A stretch of 64,000 bases of DNA from Escherichia coli (GTDB lineage: Bacteria; Pseudomonadota; Gammaproteobacteria; Enterobacterales; Enterobacteriaceae): the NCBI RefSeq assembly GCF_965641715.1, contig NZ_OZ282453.1. One strand, 5' to 3'. This document shows, one piece after another, positions 44,534 through 54,611 of the stretch (the first letter of the stretch is position 1; every line of letters begins with the position of its first letter). The position numbers were made by a program, and so were the translations under genes. Below the pieces are notes generated by a model, which worked only from the letters and a program-made list of their open reading frames with translations, did not search any database and was not told where the DNA came from.

Positions 44534-47500
44534 GAGACTTTTCCTTTAGTCGGCAACTTTTCTACACCCAGCAGGGTTAGTAACATTGGGTTAATGTTCA
44601 ATGTCATGCTCAGTTTCGAATTTTCCAGAGCTCGTCCGCTCTCTCGATTTTTGGGCTGATAGTACTGATAGTCGGTTTGCAACAGGTTAAGGTAGTGGAT
44701 CGTGTGATCCACGTTATCTTGCCACATCAGATTATTGGGGTTCTGGCTGTAGGCGACGTTCAGATAGACAAATCGAATGCGTTCGTAACGGCCTGACAGC
44801 ACAGCCTGAAGCTGTTTCTGTCCCTCTGTATCCGCCTTTTGGCTGGTGATATTACGGATCTGGCGAATCTTGTTGTTGCTTTTCTCAAGCGTTTCTTCTG
44901 CCCGCGTTAAATCATCCAACTGCGTCGCCCAGCGTTTAACGTCGATGCAGAGCAGGTCGTTACCCACTTCAATAAAGCGGTCAAAAAACTCATATACTAG
45001 CGGTTCAAGGCGTTCAAACACCTGTTGATCAGAAAGTGGGGTAACGCCATAGCTTTTTAGCACTTTATCGAAGAGATATTCACCGACATTGCCTTTGAGC
45101 AACGGAACTAGCCTGGGGTTGGGTACCCATTTTTTGAATGCCGTTTCCTGGATGTTGTCACATTCACGAATCAACTCGCCGACCAGGTTGCCGGGGGTAA
45201 AATCGACATCGTTTCTATACTGCGGAAAGAGGGTGAGCTCAGGCCGGTACTCTCTTGCGCCGCCAGCGAAATCCGACAGGGCGGAATAATCTCTGTGGAC
45301 AAGTCCATCCGGGCCGCGTTTGTGGCAAAGTAAAATAGTTTGATTGCCCTGATGGCGGTCGATAAACAGGGCGTGGTGGATTGATTGCATTTGCCGATTG
45401 GCGGCATACAAGGAATTAGCCTGAAGTTTTTCCAGCCAACGCATGGGATTGGTAAAGGAGTCAGAATCGCGGAATAAATTACACAATTCGAGATATTCAA
45501 GGTTGCCGGCGCGTACCTGATTTATCCAGTCGGTTTTCAGGACTCGCTTATGAACAGCATCGATGCGGCGACCATTTTCTACGATAGCCTGTTCAAACGC
45601 ATACCGCTGTTCTGCATCTCTAAATGACTGGTTCTGACTCAGCTTTTCGCACTCCTCCATTAGGCGGTGGTTAAGCAAGGACATGCTTTCTGATACTACC
45701 TCGTTACCGCTATCTTCACTGAGAGCGGCGAACTGGAATGCAACATTACGGAACACATCGCGGGGTAAAAAGATTTCTGTTTTCAATAGAGTGTCGCGAC
45801 GCTCGACTCGCCCTACGGCCTGCACGACGACTTTGAATAAGCTCATATCATGTTCGGCCATTAACAGGCGATAGTTTTCGCCGTGGGCGAAATTAACGTT
45901 GAAATCGGCCAGCTTGTGGACGGTAATATCGTCATCAGCGTAGTGTTTAAGCACGGTAACGTAGTTAGGTAATGTATTAAGATTGCCGCTGTTGTCCTTT
46001 ACTTCGCTGTAAAACGAGGAGTTGATGAGCACTAAGCGCTCAAAATCGACATCCAGACGTGGTGCATTGATATCATTAATATCGCCGTCATGGTATTTCA
46101 CAAAGTAGTTGAGGCCAGTGCCTGCACTTTTGTAGCTGCTCATAAATACCAGTACGGTATTGCTGTTCTTGAGATAGGTTTCTTGCCTAATATCTTCGAC
46201 ATTAGCCAGTGGTGAATCGAAAAAGACCAAATGGACTGTGTGACGCCCTTTGAATGGGGTAAAGGTCAGGATCTGGTCATGTTTCTTATCGTTATCCGTT
46301 TTATCATCGCACCGGGAGTGCATACCGTACTGCTGACGCCAGGCTGATTGATGAGTGCGCCAGGCGCTGATAAAGGCCCGCTTAAATGTCCCTGAAAGGG
46401 ACAAAATCAGGCTGTTTTTACCCTCGTAGGCGGCAAGCAATAACGCTTCAAGCTCCCGCTGGTACTGACGCCGTTTATAGGTATTTTTCAGGTCGTACTC
46501 CAGCGGTTTCTTCAGCGCGTCGAAAAAGTTGTCATACGTCCTGCGATAGATCTCACAATTTTGGTAGATATCGGTCAATTTTAACTGCTTATCATCGAAC
46601 ACCCTGAAGTCGACGTTGCGGATACTGGCTCTCAACGCGCGTAGTGCTCTAAGCGTATCGATATCTGTTTTTTTACGTTCAATGACTCGATAGCCAAGGT
46701 CACGGCTATAGCGCTCCAGGAAGTGACGATTGAAGTTACCGTTTTTGGTGTGGCTAAAACCACTGGTGGCGCTAAATCCAATCACTTTATTGTGCGTGCC
46801 CGTTAATAAACGTAGCAGCATGGCTTCAGGCAACTCTTGTACCAGATCCATCTCAAACGCCAGAATAATTGTACGCTCGGCTCCACTGTTCACGTAATTG
46901 AGTTCAACTATCGGCGTCATCGTGAATACGGTTTTGGGTTGCAGATAAGTGTAGAAATGATCAATCAACAAGTTTTTATCGGTGGTGCGATCGAAGATAT
47001 GTCGCACCACTCCAGCTACATTATTGGCTGCGTCAACAAATTGGCCCAAAGGTGTATTCTGGCTGCTGGAGTTATCCTGGCCACCATTTTTTACCCAGCG
47101 CTTAAAGTGTCGGTTGGTGATATCAGAACAGGCGGCGAGGATGACGGAGACCAATTGGAACAGATCGTGCAGTGTGGGATTGGTGTCGCTGGCATCATTT
47201 TCGACTTCGTAATATAGCTCGGTGCGCGTTATGTCGCCTTCGCTGTTGCGCATACGAATGCGTTTCAGCCCCTCTTCATTAACGTACATTTTGGGGTTAA
47301 AACTGAACACATTCCGGGTAATGGAAATGATGCGTTCGGCGGCGTCGCCGTTAACTTCGAATGCTCCTAACTGGTCGCGAAACATCTCCAGGATCGAGCC
47401 CAGCGTCGTACCGGGTGATAATTCGCACTTTTTCGCCAGTAGGTCTCGAAGGATGGTGATGAATTTGACCATCTCTTGCTCAAAGGTCGTTTGCGCTTCT

Positions 47501-49239
47501 TTGGGCTTTTTCCGGCGCTCCAGGCTGAGTACCGCATTGTGAATACGTCCCGCGACAGAGATAACATGCGCCAGATTATTTTCCTGTGTGATTAGCTTTA
47601 CATGGCATGTTTCTTCAAGACGGGTGTAGGCTTCATGTAGTTCATCAATGATTACCGTAAAGCGAATATTTTTCTGGCGAAAAGGGCAGTCTGGATTACG
47701 TCTGAAGTGTTCATCACGAAGATAAGCAACCTGCCCGGAATGGCCAGCTGCCGCAACGGTGCTGATCTGTGGATCTTTGGGAGCCAGCTTGCCACCAATC
47801 AGCAAGTCGAAACCTACGGACTCAAAATGCACGCCTTCACCTCGCTGACGAGGCGCCAGTCGGTAAGTTGATGTGTCGAACTTATTTGTAGTCATTAATA
47901 GCACCGACGGGCGGTACTGGCAAACTTCGAAAGGCAATACCTGTTTGATAAGCTCGAAGTAGACTTCGTGTACGCTTAGTTCAGACTTGCTTGGTTTTCG
48001 TGCTGTCTCCGCGTGTTGCATTCGCTCTTGGCGCGCCTGGAGCCCGCGACGAATGTACTCTTTAATGGAAGCTTTTTCACTATCTGGTCCAAATAGTAAT
48101 TTACAGGCTGACTCAATCGTATTGCGGATACTATGACGACAGTTTTTTAGCTGCTCTTCAAGAATTTCTCTTTCGTAGTTGTTATCCTGAGAACCGTATG
48201 TTGTCAGCTTTTTTAACTGCTCTTCACAGCGATCAATTTGTGAGACATGGTAATTGAGCGAACGCATTGCGCTGCCAATATATTTGCTACCTTTCGCCCC
48301 TTCGTACCACTGAATATAGCGGTCGCGATTTTTCAGGCCCGTGGCCCAGTCCATAAAGTCGAGATCGGCAATATCCTTACGAGAGAGAACGCAAATGAAT
48401 TCGCCGCCAGAAGCCAGAATTTTATCTTTCTGGCTGCTATCCAGGTCGATTTGTGATTTTTGCGGCGACATGAACAGCAGGTTGGTAAAGCCACCTTCGG
48501 GAAACAGATCATCTGACTTTTGTTTTTTGGCGAAACACTCCAGATATTCGACATACCCTTGAATTACGCCATAACTTTTGCCAAACCCCGTGCCATCGGA
48601 ACTGAAGATGACCTCCGCGCCATCACGTTCATGCACGTGGTAAAGTTGAGAAACTTGGGCGCGGCAAGCGTTAATATCTTCAACCAGCGTTATGTCAGGA
48701 ATTTGCCTGGAGATGAGATCTTGCAGATTATTATTGATAGTTATCTCTCCCACACGCTCACACTCACGGTAACTATTGATGGTTATTTGGCTGCTTTCGA
48801 GCAGAATCTTTTCCACTTGCATGGGAGCAAGATGCAAGGCTGTTGCAATTTCATTGATAGTATCTGATAGAGGTTCGTGTGGATTGCTAATCGTGAAGTG
48901 GTTTAGTACTGCTGCAACGGTATCTGGATGCAATGCTTTTCTGAGAGTGGGGAAGGTGAGGCTGTAATCGTATAGCGCCAAATCATTGTTTATCAGACAG
49001 CGAAACAGCTGTTTAGTGGGATCGCCTCCAGGACGGCTGGCAAATCCCAGGATTTTTGCCTGTTCGAGTCGATACAACAATGCTGCAGCATCGCGATCAG
49101 GTGAGTCAAATGCATCGTGAAGCTGCTGGCTAAATGGCATTGTGGCATTCAGCCGGTTATGGCTGACCAACGCGGAAAAGTGCTGACGTACCAAGGTAAG
49201 CAGCTTACAATCTTCCTTTATAGTCCAGTTTTTTCTCAT
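44530..49239 (-). CDS. large divergent SF2 (DExH) helicase/translocase-like protein, possible C-terminal Mrr-like nuclease fold
   Basis: ORF 44530-49275, probable start at second Met (49239) behind AGGGGA; motif I SDGTGFGKS (nt about 48574-48600), motif II VIIDELHE (about 47635-47655), Snf2-like motif V SSYKSAGTGLNY, motif VI QAVGRVERR (about 45796-45822); C-terminal GEYLFDKVL...DLLCIDVKRW. Confidence 0.8.
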   Translation of the reverse strand: MRKNWTIKEDCKLLTLVRQHFSALVSHNRLNATMPFSQQLHDAFDSPDRDAAALLYRLEQAKILGFASRPGGDPTKQLFRCLINNDLALYDYSLTFPTLRKALHPDTVAAVLNHFTISNPHEPLSDTINEIATALHLAPMQVEKILLESSQITINSYRECERVGEITINNNLQDLISRQIPDITLVEDINACRAQVSQLYHVHERDGAEVIFSSDGTGFGKSYGVIQGYVEYLECFAKKQKSDDLFPEGGFTNLLFMSPQKSQIDLDSSQKDKILASGGEFICVLSRKDIADLDFMDWATGLKNRDRYIQWYEGAKGSKYIGSAMRSLNYHVSQIDRCEEQLKKLTTYGSQDNNYEREILEEQLKNCRHSIRNTIESACKLLFGPDSEKASIKEYIRRGLQARQERMQHAETARKPSKSELSVHEVYFELIKQVLPFEVCQYRPSVLLMTTNKFDTSTYRLAPRQRGEGVHFESVGFDLLIGGKLAPKDPQISTVAAAGHSGQVAYLRDEHFRRNPDCPFRQKNIRFTVIIDELHEAYTRLEETCHVKLITQENNLAHVISVAGRIHNAVLSLERRKKPKEAQTTFEQEMVKFITILRDLLAKKCELSPGTTLGSILEMFRDQLGAFEVNGDAAERIISITRNVFSFNPKMYVNEEGLKRIRMRNSEGDITRTELYYEVENDASDTNPTLHDLFQLVSVILAACSDITNRHFKRWVKNGGQDNSSSQNTPLGQFVDAANNVAGVVRHIFDRTTDKNLLIDHFYTYLQPKTVFTMTPIVELNYVNSGAERTIILAFEMDLVQELPEAMLLRLLTGTHNKVIGFSATSGFSHTKNGNFNRHFLERYSRDLGYRVIERKKTDIDTLRALRALRASIRNVDFRVFDDKQLKLTDIYQNCEIYRRTYDNFFDALKKPLEYDLKNTYKRRQYQRELEALLLAAYEGKNSLILSLSGTFKRAFISAWRTHQSAWRQQYGMHSRCDDKTDNDKKHDQILTFTPFKGRHTVHLVFFDSPLANVEDIRQETYLKNSNTVLVFMSSYKSAGTGLNYFVKYHDGDINDINAPRLDVDFERLVLINSSFYSEVKDNSGNLNTLPNYVTVLKHYADDDITVHKLADFNVNFAHGENYRLLMAEHDMSLFKVVVQAVGRVERRDTLLKTEIFLPRDVFRNVAFQFAALSEDSGNEVVSESMSLLNHRLMEECEKLSQNQSFRDAEQRYAFEQAIVENGRRIDAVHKRVLKTDWINQVRAGNLEYLELCNLFRDSDSFTNPMRWLEKLQANSLYAANRQMQSIHHALFIDRHQGNQTILLCHKRGPDGLVHRDYSALSDFAGGAREYRPELTLFPQYRNDVDFTPGNLVGELIRECDNIQETAFKKWVPNPRLVPLLKGNVGEYLFDKVLKSYGVTPLSDQQVFERLEPLVYEFFDRFIEVGNDLLCIDVKRWATQLDDLTRAEETLEKSNNKIRQIRNITSQKADTEGQKQLQAVLSGRYERIRFVYLNVAYSQNPNNLMWQDNVDHTIHYLNLLQTDYQYYQPKNRESGRALENSKLSMTLNINPMLLTLLGVEKLPTKGKVS

Positions 49240-50364
49240 TCTTCTTCCCCTTAATATAAATGCACCTGCAACCACTCAGCCAAACGCTCAACGTCAAAAC
49301 CCGTAATCCATACTCCCACGCCAAAAACGTCTTCGATAAATATTCATCATATTTTCGAGGCACTTTTCAGAGATGCTCTTGGCAAGACGGGACTCAGGGG
49401 GTAAACCTTCCTGTAGTAAATTGCTTAGCGTCTGCTTAACTTTCCCGAGCGTATTTTTTCAACTACGGCAGCAAATGAGACGGTCTTAAAACCGTGCAGG
49501 ATAGGCCATATCTACAACGTGTTTACTACTTGAGCACACATTGTGATATGGCAGTCACCTTTCCGACAAATGGTGAACCGTCCCTGACGAACAACAACAT
49601 TAACGCATATCTCTTCATCGCCTGATCAAAGTAGCTGCCAACTATTATTCGCCTCAACAATGAGTTTTTTTACTAACGATTTCTACTACCTTCCCAAAGC
49701 GACCACAACAATCAAAAATATTGTTTACACATCAGTCTCATATCACCGGAGTAAGTTGACTATTGATAAACCATTTCAAGATATTAATAGCTGATCATAC
49801 TTCCCCAAAGTGCTTATTTATAGCGAAGGCAAATAGCATAAACTGAAGGGCGAATTGTTAAATCATACCGTGAATGAGCTGAAGAACAAGCATAAAAATT
49901 ATATCATTTACATGACTTATGTGTTTTAGTTAAATGATAAATAGGCAGTATAAAATCCAATTCAACAGCCGAGTTCAAGCGATTAATTTTTTGATGAGCT
50001 TATCAAGCACGAGCAGCGATACCAGCAAATCCACTTGGTTGCTTGAAGAATATGACTCCTTCAACACATAGCAGATTATCTCCGCCGTTGGTAGAGAACC
50101 GTTCACCGTTGTTAGTCAACAGTTATAAATTTATATTAATGATTAGAAGAATCTATCTCGGGGTAGATCATCAACATTACTTATTCTAAACCACGTTACA
50201 CATGATCTCCGGGGCAGCGAAGTCATCAAAAAAGAGTATTATAAAACTCCGCCCTTAAGGAGAAAGGTTTCCTGGCGGTTGTAATGCCGTTGACGATACA
50301 GCGCACAACACGGATATAAACAACCATTTGATTGATTAATATCTGAAGGGCTGTTTATATTTAA

Positions 50365-50553
50365 TCAAGCTAACGATTCATTAATCTTTACATAGAGATG
50401 AGGTAATGTGGCCTCATTGCGATTCACATCCAGATAATCCGCCCCCCACTGCAGCATCTGCCGCTCTACCGCATCTCTCGGCCATAGCCCCGACTCAATC
50501 AACGACCTACACGCCATTGCCCTGAAACCATGCCCACAAAAAGCAGCTCTCAA
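50365..50553 (-). pseudogene. P4-type tyrosine integrase C-terminal remnant
   Basis: HGFRAMACRSLIESGLWPRDAVERQM ... WGADYLDVNR resembles the C-terminus of P4-like integrases with an internal deletion; no N-terminal part present. Confidence 0.65.
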
Positions 50554-50937
50554 TTTCCATTCATGCTTTATACCTTTTCTAATAGGCTTTTGCTTCAGGC
50601 TTAGCCGAACGAACCTTCACATCACTCAAAGCCATGATGAATACCCTTTCAAGGGTTTTGTGTGGGTACAAACATTATCCAATCGGGATATACCCGCAGC
50701 TGTAGCTGTACCCGCATCAGTAAGTTGATGTAGATTCGAAAAATAGCGGAAACCCTGTGTGACACTGATTTCAGGCACAAAAAAAGACGTCTGTTGACGT
50801 CTATTGATGGTGCGAAGGCCGCACCGCGATTCCAGACTCAACAATATGAAATCAATGGATTTTTAAAAATGCGAAGTTACTTTGTATACTCACATGTATA
50901 CTCAGTACCATTTCTTAAGAAATCAATTCATTCAATA

Positions 50938-51744
50938 CTACTCATCATCGTCTTCCACTGGTTCCAGCACATCAAGCGCAACTCGCACCATAGCGATAGA
51001 ACCAATACGAATGAAAGCATCTTCTCCATCTTCGTCGGTTATCATAAAACGATCCGTGGTTTCAGGCTCGCAATCCAGCGCGTCAAAAAAAGCATTCAAC
51101 TGGCCGATATCATCCGTCTCTTCGTTTTGCGGCGCATCTGGCTCAACACTCAGTGGAATCACTGGTCCGCCGTTTACCAGCGTGATATGGACATTAAAAT
51201 AATCGTCTTCGTAGGCATCATCCTCTTCGTCAACGATTGGCCGCAGACCATCAGAAAGGAACTGATGAAATACCACTTCACGCATATTTAACGCATAACG
51301 ATACTCGGAAGAATCAAAAACGAAGAAGCGTTCTATGTTTGGGGCGTTTTTTTCCTGAAAATAATAATAAAACCTCCGCTTATCCGCTGCTGAAATGGGC
51401 AACAGCAAATAGTCCCTCTGCCCCTGTAGCCAAAGTTTTACGGTCCAGAGACCGCTATCCATTTCAATGCCGCTTGTGGCTATAGCCTCAAGATCTTCAT
51501 CAGTTTTACGACGCTTTTTGCGGAAGTCGTTTATCAACCGATCGCTTTCCGGGAACACTACGTTTAGAGGCTTATCCAGAGCATTACATATCGCCTGTGC
51601 GAGACCCAGCTTTGCAGCAACCTTCCCGGTTTCGATACGCTGAATTTGTTGCTGGCTGGTGCCGACCATAAACGCCAGCTCGCGCTGGGTGATAGATAGC
51701 TGGGTACGGAGCTGTTTGATGTTGTTCTGTAACATGGCATCCAT
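50938..51744 (-). CDS. XRE-family HTH transcriptional regulator with acidic C-terminal domain
   Basis: 268-aa ORF; N-terminal HTH (LSITQRELAFMVGTSQQQIQRIETGK). Confidence 0.75.
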   Translation of the reverse strand: MDAMLQNNIKQLRTQLSITQRELAFMVGTSQQQIQRIETGKVAAKLGLAQAICNALDKPLNVVFPESDRLINDFRKKRRKTDEDLEAIATSGIEMDSGLWTVKLWLQGQRDYLLLPISAADKRRFYYYFQEKNAPNIERFFVFDSSEYRYALNMREVVFHQFLSDGLRPIVDEEDDAYEDDYFNVHITLVNGGPVIPLSVEPDAPQNEETDDIGQLNAFFDALDCEPETTDRFMITDEDGEDAFIRIGSIAMVRVALDVLEPVEDDDE

Positions 51745-51849
51745 CCTTCAGAAGGAATAGAAAGTGCCATTAAAACACAAAATTGAGTATAAACACATAA
51801 TCGTGTTTACACTCACTAATCAACACCCTTGAACGAAAAGAAAATCTCT

Positions 51850-52125
51850 TCATCGTTCTTCTCTGGTATGCCAGAGATCAACTATATAAATGTCATTGTC
51901 ACGAAGTTCGTAGTGAACCTCATAGTCATCAAATAACACTTTTCGGACTTCCCGAGGTTCATACCGAGTCTGCTGTACACCAATTGCCGGATGTGCTGTA
52001 AGACCAGCACAACCAGTAATCAGGCGATCCAAAACGTCATCGGCGTGCTGGCGGCTATACTGAAGGGCGAAACGATAGATACGCTCAAGGTCATCCTGAG
52101 CTTTAAGCGTCCAGTAAATTTCCAT
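51850..52125 (-). CDS. ParE/RelE-superfamily type II toxin
   Basis: 91-aa ORF immediately downstream of the RHH ORF (4-bp gap); ParE-like translation. Confidence 0.7.
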   Translation of the reverse strand: MEIYWTLKAQDDLERIYRFALQYSRQHADDVLDRLITGCAGLTAHPAIGVQQTRYEPREVRKVLFDDYEVHYELRDNDIYIVDLWHTREER

Positions 52126-52128
52126 TTA

Positions 52129-52401
52129 TCAGGATTTCTTTAAGCGATTAGCAAAATCCACCATGTCCGAGTGGCTCATCACACGACCGGCATCCACATC
52201 ATCAAGACCGGCCTGGATGCTCTGGTGACGCCGTTCTCTTTCGGCCAGCATACTGGTCAACGCTTCCTTAATAATCCAGCTCTTAGAACGGTCCAACTCA
52301 ATTGCCAGATTCTCAACAGCAGCGGCCAATTCAATAGGTATCTGTGCGCTGATGGTTTGTTTAGTAAGCGAACCCATAGGGATTACCTCGTTTAATAACA
52401 T
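52129..52401 (-). CDS. ribbon-helix-helix (ParD/CopG-like) antitoxin
   Basis: 90-aa ORF, upstream partner of the ParE-like toxin. Confidence 0.65.
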   Translation of the reverse strand: MLLNEVIPMGSLTKQTISAQIPIELAAAVENLAIELDRSKSWIIKEALTSMLAERERRHQSIQAGLDDVDAGRVMSHSDMVDFANRLKKS

Positions 52402-52453
52402 TTAATAACTCCTATTAATATTAGCATAGAGGTGCCTATAAAAACATCACATC

Positions 52454-53311
52454 TCATTTTGCAGGCAACATCCCGGGAAAGTGCTTCGCCACGATATCAT
52501 TCATCTTCTCCACCAGATCCAAACGTTTGAAAGTGATATGCCCACTGCCCTTCTGAAAGTAGCGAATAGTGAACAACTCATCTTCGAAAATCTGCTGATG
52601 CGGATTATCGCGCACAAAATCCATAAACCGGATGGAGACATCATGCCGGTTATCGGGAATGGCCTTCCCATCCAGCAGATAGAACATCCGTTCCAGATCG
52701 GCAAGCTGATCGCGCCGCCAGCCCCAGTTCAGGCTGTAGCCCCATCTGTCATGCTTCACCAGATTGTTAACGATAATCTTCTTACCGAAATAACAGGGAT
52801 TATTGGTTTTGTAGTCCCAGCTCAATCCCTTAAATACATTGATAATCCCACGTTCGAAAACATCCTGCTTATTGTGGTGAAGTTGTTCAAAGGTACTCAG
52901 GATGTTGGCTTCGCTAATCGCCGGGGGATCGCCCTCCTCCAGATTCTTTGCCCACTGACTGCGAGCTTCGGCATCCATCAGAGTCAACATACCGGACTTC
53001 AGCATGAGATCGCGCCAGATGCTGCGGTCGATATTGCGGGTGATCACCGGCATCGCTTTGTCGGTTGGCTGCATCAGCCAGCAGTCAAAGGCATATCCAT
53101 TCCGCATTGCCCAGGTTCCAGCCATATCACCGCCAATACTGGATGTCAGGCTGGAGATATCATCCAGTTTTTGGATTAACGTCGCTATCTGGTTCAGTGC
53201 ACTATCACGTCCTGTGACGATGCGCTCAATACTGGTCGAGCAAATTAGTTCGTTATGATCGGTTAAGACTTCAGCTTCTGTTTGCATAATCTTTTGTCCG
53301 TATAAAAGCAA
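52454..53311 (-). CDS. conserved island protein (possibly DUF4942 family)
   Basis: 285-aa ORF downstream of the CbtA-like toxin; family name is tentative recall. Confidence 0.5.
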   Translation of the reverse strand: MLLYGQKIMQTEAEVLTDHNELICSTSIERIVTGRDSALNQIATLIQKLDDISSLTSSIGGDMAGTWAMRNGYAFDCWLMQPTDKAMPVITRNIDRSIWRDLMLKSGMLTLMDAEARSQWAKNLEEGDPPAISEANILSTFEQLHHNKQDVFERGIINVFKGLSWDYKTNNPCYFGKKIIVNNLVKHDRWGYSLNWGWRRDQLADLERMFYLLDGKAIPDNRHDVSIRFMDFVRDNPHQQIFEDELFTIRYFQKGSGHITFKRLDLVEKMNDIVAKHFPGMLPAK

Positions 53312-53401
53312 ATGCGCCAGCCATGAACAGCAGGCGCATTATGCAGGGAGTTATGAGGGAAGTAATTTTGGCGATGTAAATCGGGAAGGAGACTCGCAGA
53401 T

Positions 53402-53743
53402 TCACCGTGCCGTGGTGTTATGGCAGCGACGCAGCAGACCTGTAGCCTGCCTCGCCCGCAAAATATCGACCGCACGAAGATAAGGCATCTGTTCCTGCCA
53501 GCTAAATCCTTTCCTGTCGATACGGATCAATTCGTACTTCTCTACCAGAAAATTGACGGCATCGACCAGAGTGATCCCGGCGTCTATGTGTTCCTGAATC
53601 ACCTTTTCATTGTTGAATGGTGTGTCATTAAGATTCAGCCCGTAGTGCTGCTCCAGCAGGCGGGCCAGTAATATTTGCCAGACCACGACGGGCGACAGAT
53701 AAGACGTCGTCGCCCGCAGCGTCGTTGCAGGAATAATTTTCAT
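53402..53743 (-). CDS. CbtA/YeeV-family type IV toxin
   Basis: [53 protein letters not shown] resembles YeeV/YkfI/YpjF. Confidence 0.8.
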   Translation of the reverse strand: MKIIPATTLRATTSYLSPVVVWQILLARLLEQHYGLNLNDTPFNNEKVIQEHIDAGITLVDAVNFLVEKYELIRIDRKGFSWQEQMPYLRAVDILRARQATGLLRRCHNTTAR

Positions 53744-53773
53744 AACGATGTTCCGTATTAAGGAGGTTAAAAC

Positions 53774-54109
53774 TCAGCGTTGAGTGGGATAAATAGCGAT
53801 ATAGACGTAACCACAGGAACCCAGCGTATCGGCTTCGCAGGTTAGTCCTTTGGCGTATAGCGTGACGGTACGTTTTTGGCAGGCGGAGAGTTCACCGTCA
53901 GCCAGTTTCAGCTCCAGTTGTTTCATCAGCACCGGAAAAGCCTGGTCGATATGCAGCAGATCCGGGGAGCTGAATTTCCCGGTGATTGCGGCCCGATCAG
54001 CCAGGTAATGCAGGTTATGTCTTTCCTGTACCAGTCGAGCAGTGAAGCGTGGTGTTACGGTACAGGGAAGCCCCCATTCTTGTTGCATGACCTTGTCCTT
54101 TTGCAGCAT
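53774..54109 (-). CDS. CbeA/YeeU-family antitoxin
   Basis: WGLPCTVTPRFTARLVQERHNLHYLADRA ... TVTLYAKGLTCEADTLGSCGYVYIAIYP resembles YeeU/YagB. Confidence 0.8.
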   Translation of the reverse strand: MLQKDKVMQQEWGLPCTVTPRFTARLVQERHNLHYLADRAAITGKFSSPDLLHIDQAFPVLMKQLELKLADGELSACQKRTVTLYAKGLTCEADTLGSCGYVYIAIYPTQR

Positions 54110-54582
54110 TACAGCCAGCCCCGTTCGGCAAAAGAGAGGACATCCCCCGCCCCAATAATGAAATGATCCAGCACTCTCACTTTCACCAAATCCAGTGTCT
54201 TAACAATATTCGTTGTAATAAGTCTGTCGGCCCGACTGGGTTCCGTCACGCCGGAGGGATGGTTATGCGCAAGGATCACTGCTGCGGCATTGTGCCGTAG
54301 CGCTGATTTCACAATCTCACGGGGATGTACTTCTGTGCTGTTAATCGTGCCGAGAAATAGCGTTTCGTGTTCCAGCAGTCGGTTCTGGTTATCGAGGTAG
54401 AGCACAACAAACATTTCCCGCTCCTGTCGTACCAGATTCAGTTGCAGCCAGGTTTTTGTGGCGTCAGAGGAAAGAAAAGATTCGCCAGGATTGCGTTGAT
54501 ATTTCTCCAGCAGACGCATCGCACGGCGGATAACGCGTTGTTCACTCACCGAAAATACCGGTGTTAGCATCAGTTCAGACAT
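54109..54582 (-). CDS. RadC-like JAB-domain protein (YeeS/YkfG/YfjY family)
   Basis: 157-aa ORF with JAMM-like HNHPSG motif. Confidence 0.8.
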   Translation of the reverse strand: MSELMLTPVFSVSEQRVIRRAMRLLEKYQRNPGESFLSSDATKTWLQLNLVRQEREMFVVLYLDNQNRLLEHETLFLGTINSTEVHPREIVKSALRHNAAAVILAHNHPSGVTEPSRADRLITTNIVKTLDLVKVRVLDHFIIGAGDVLSFAERGWL

Positions 54583-54611
54583 CGTGTTTCCTTTACCATT
54601 AATAGCGTTGT

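Noticed and set aside
52481-53179. 232-aa plus-strand ORF antisense to the DUF4942-like gene
   Set aside because: Shadow ORF within a better-supported minus-strand gene
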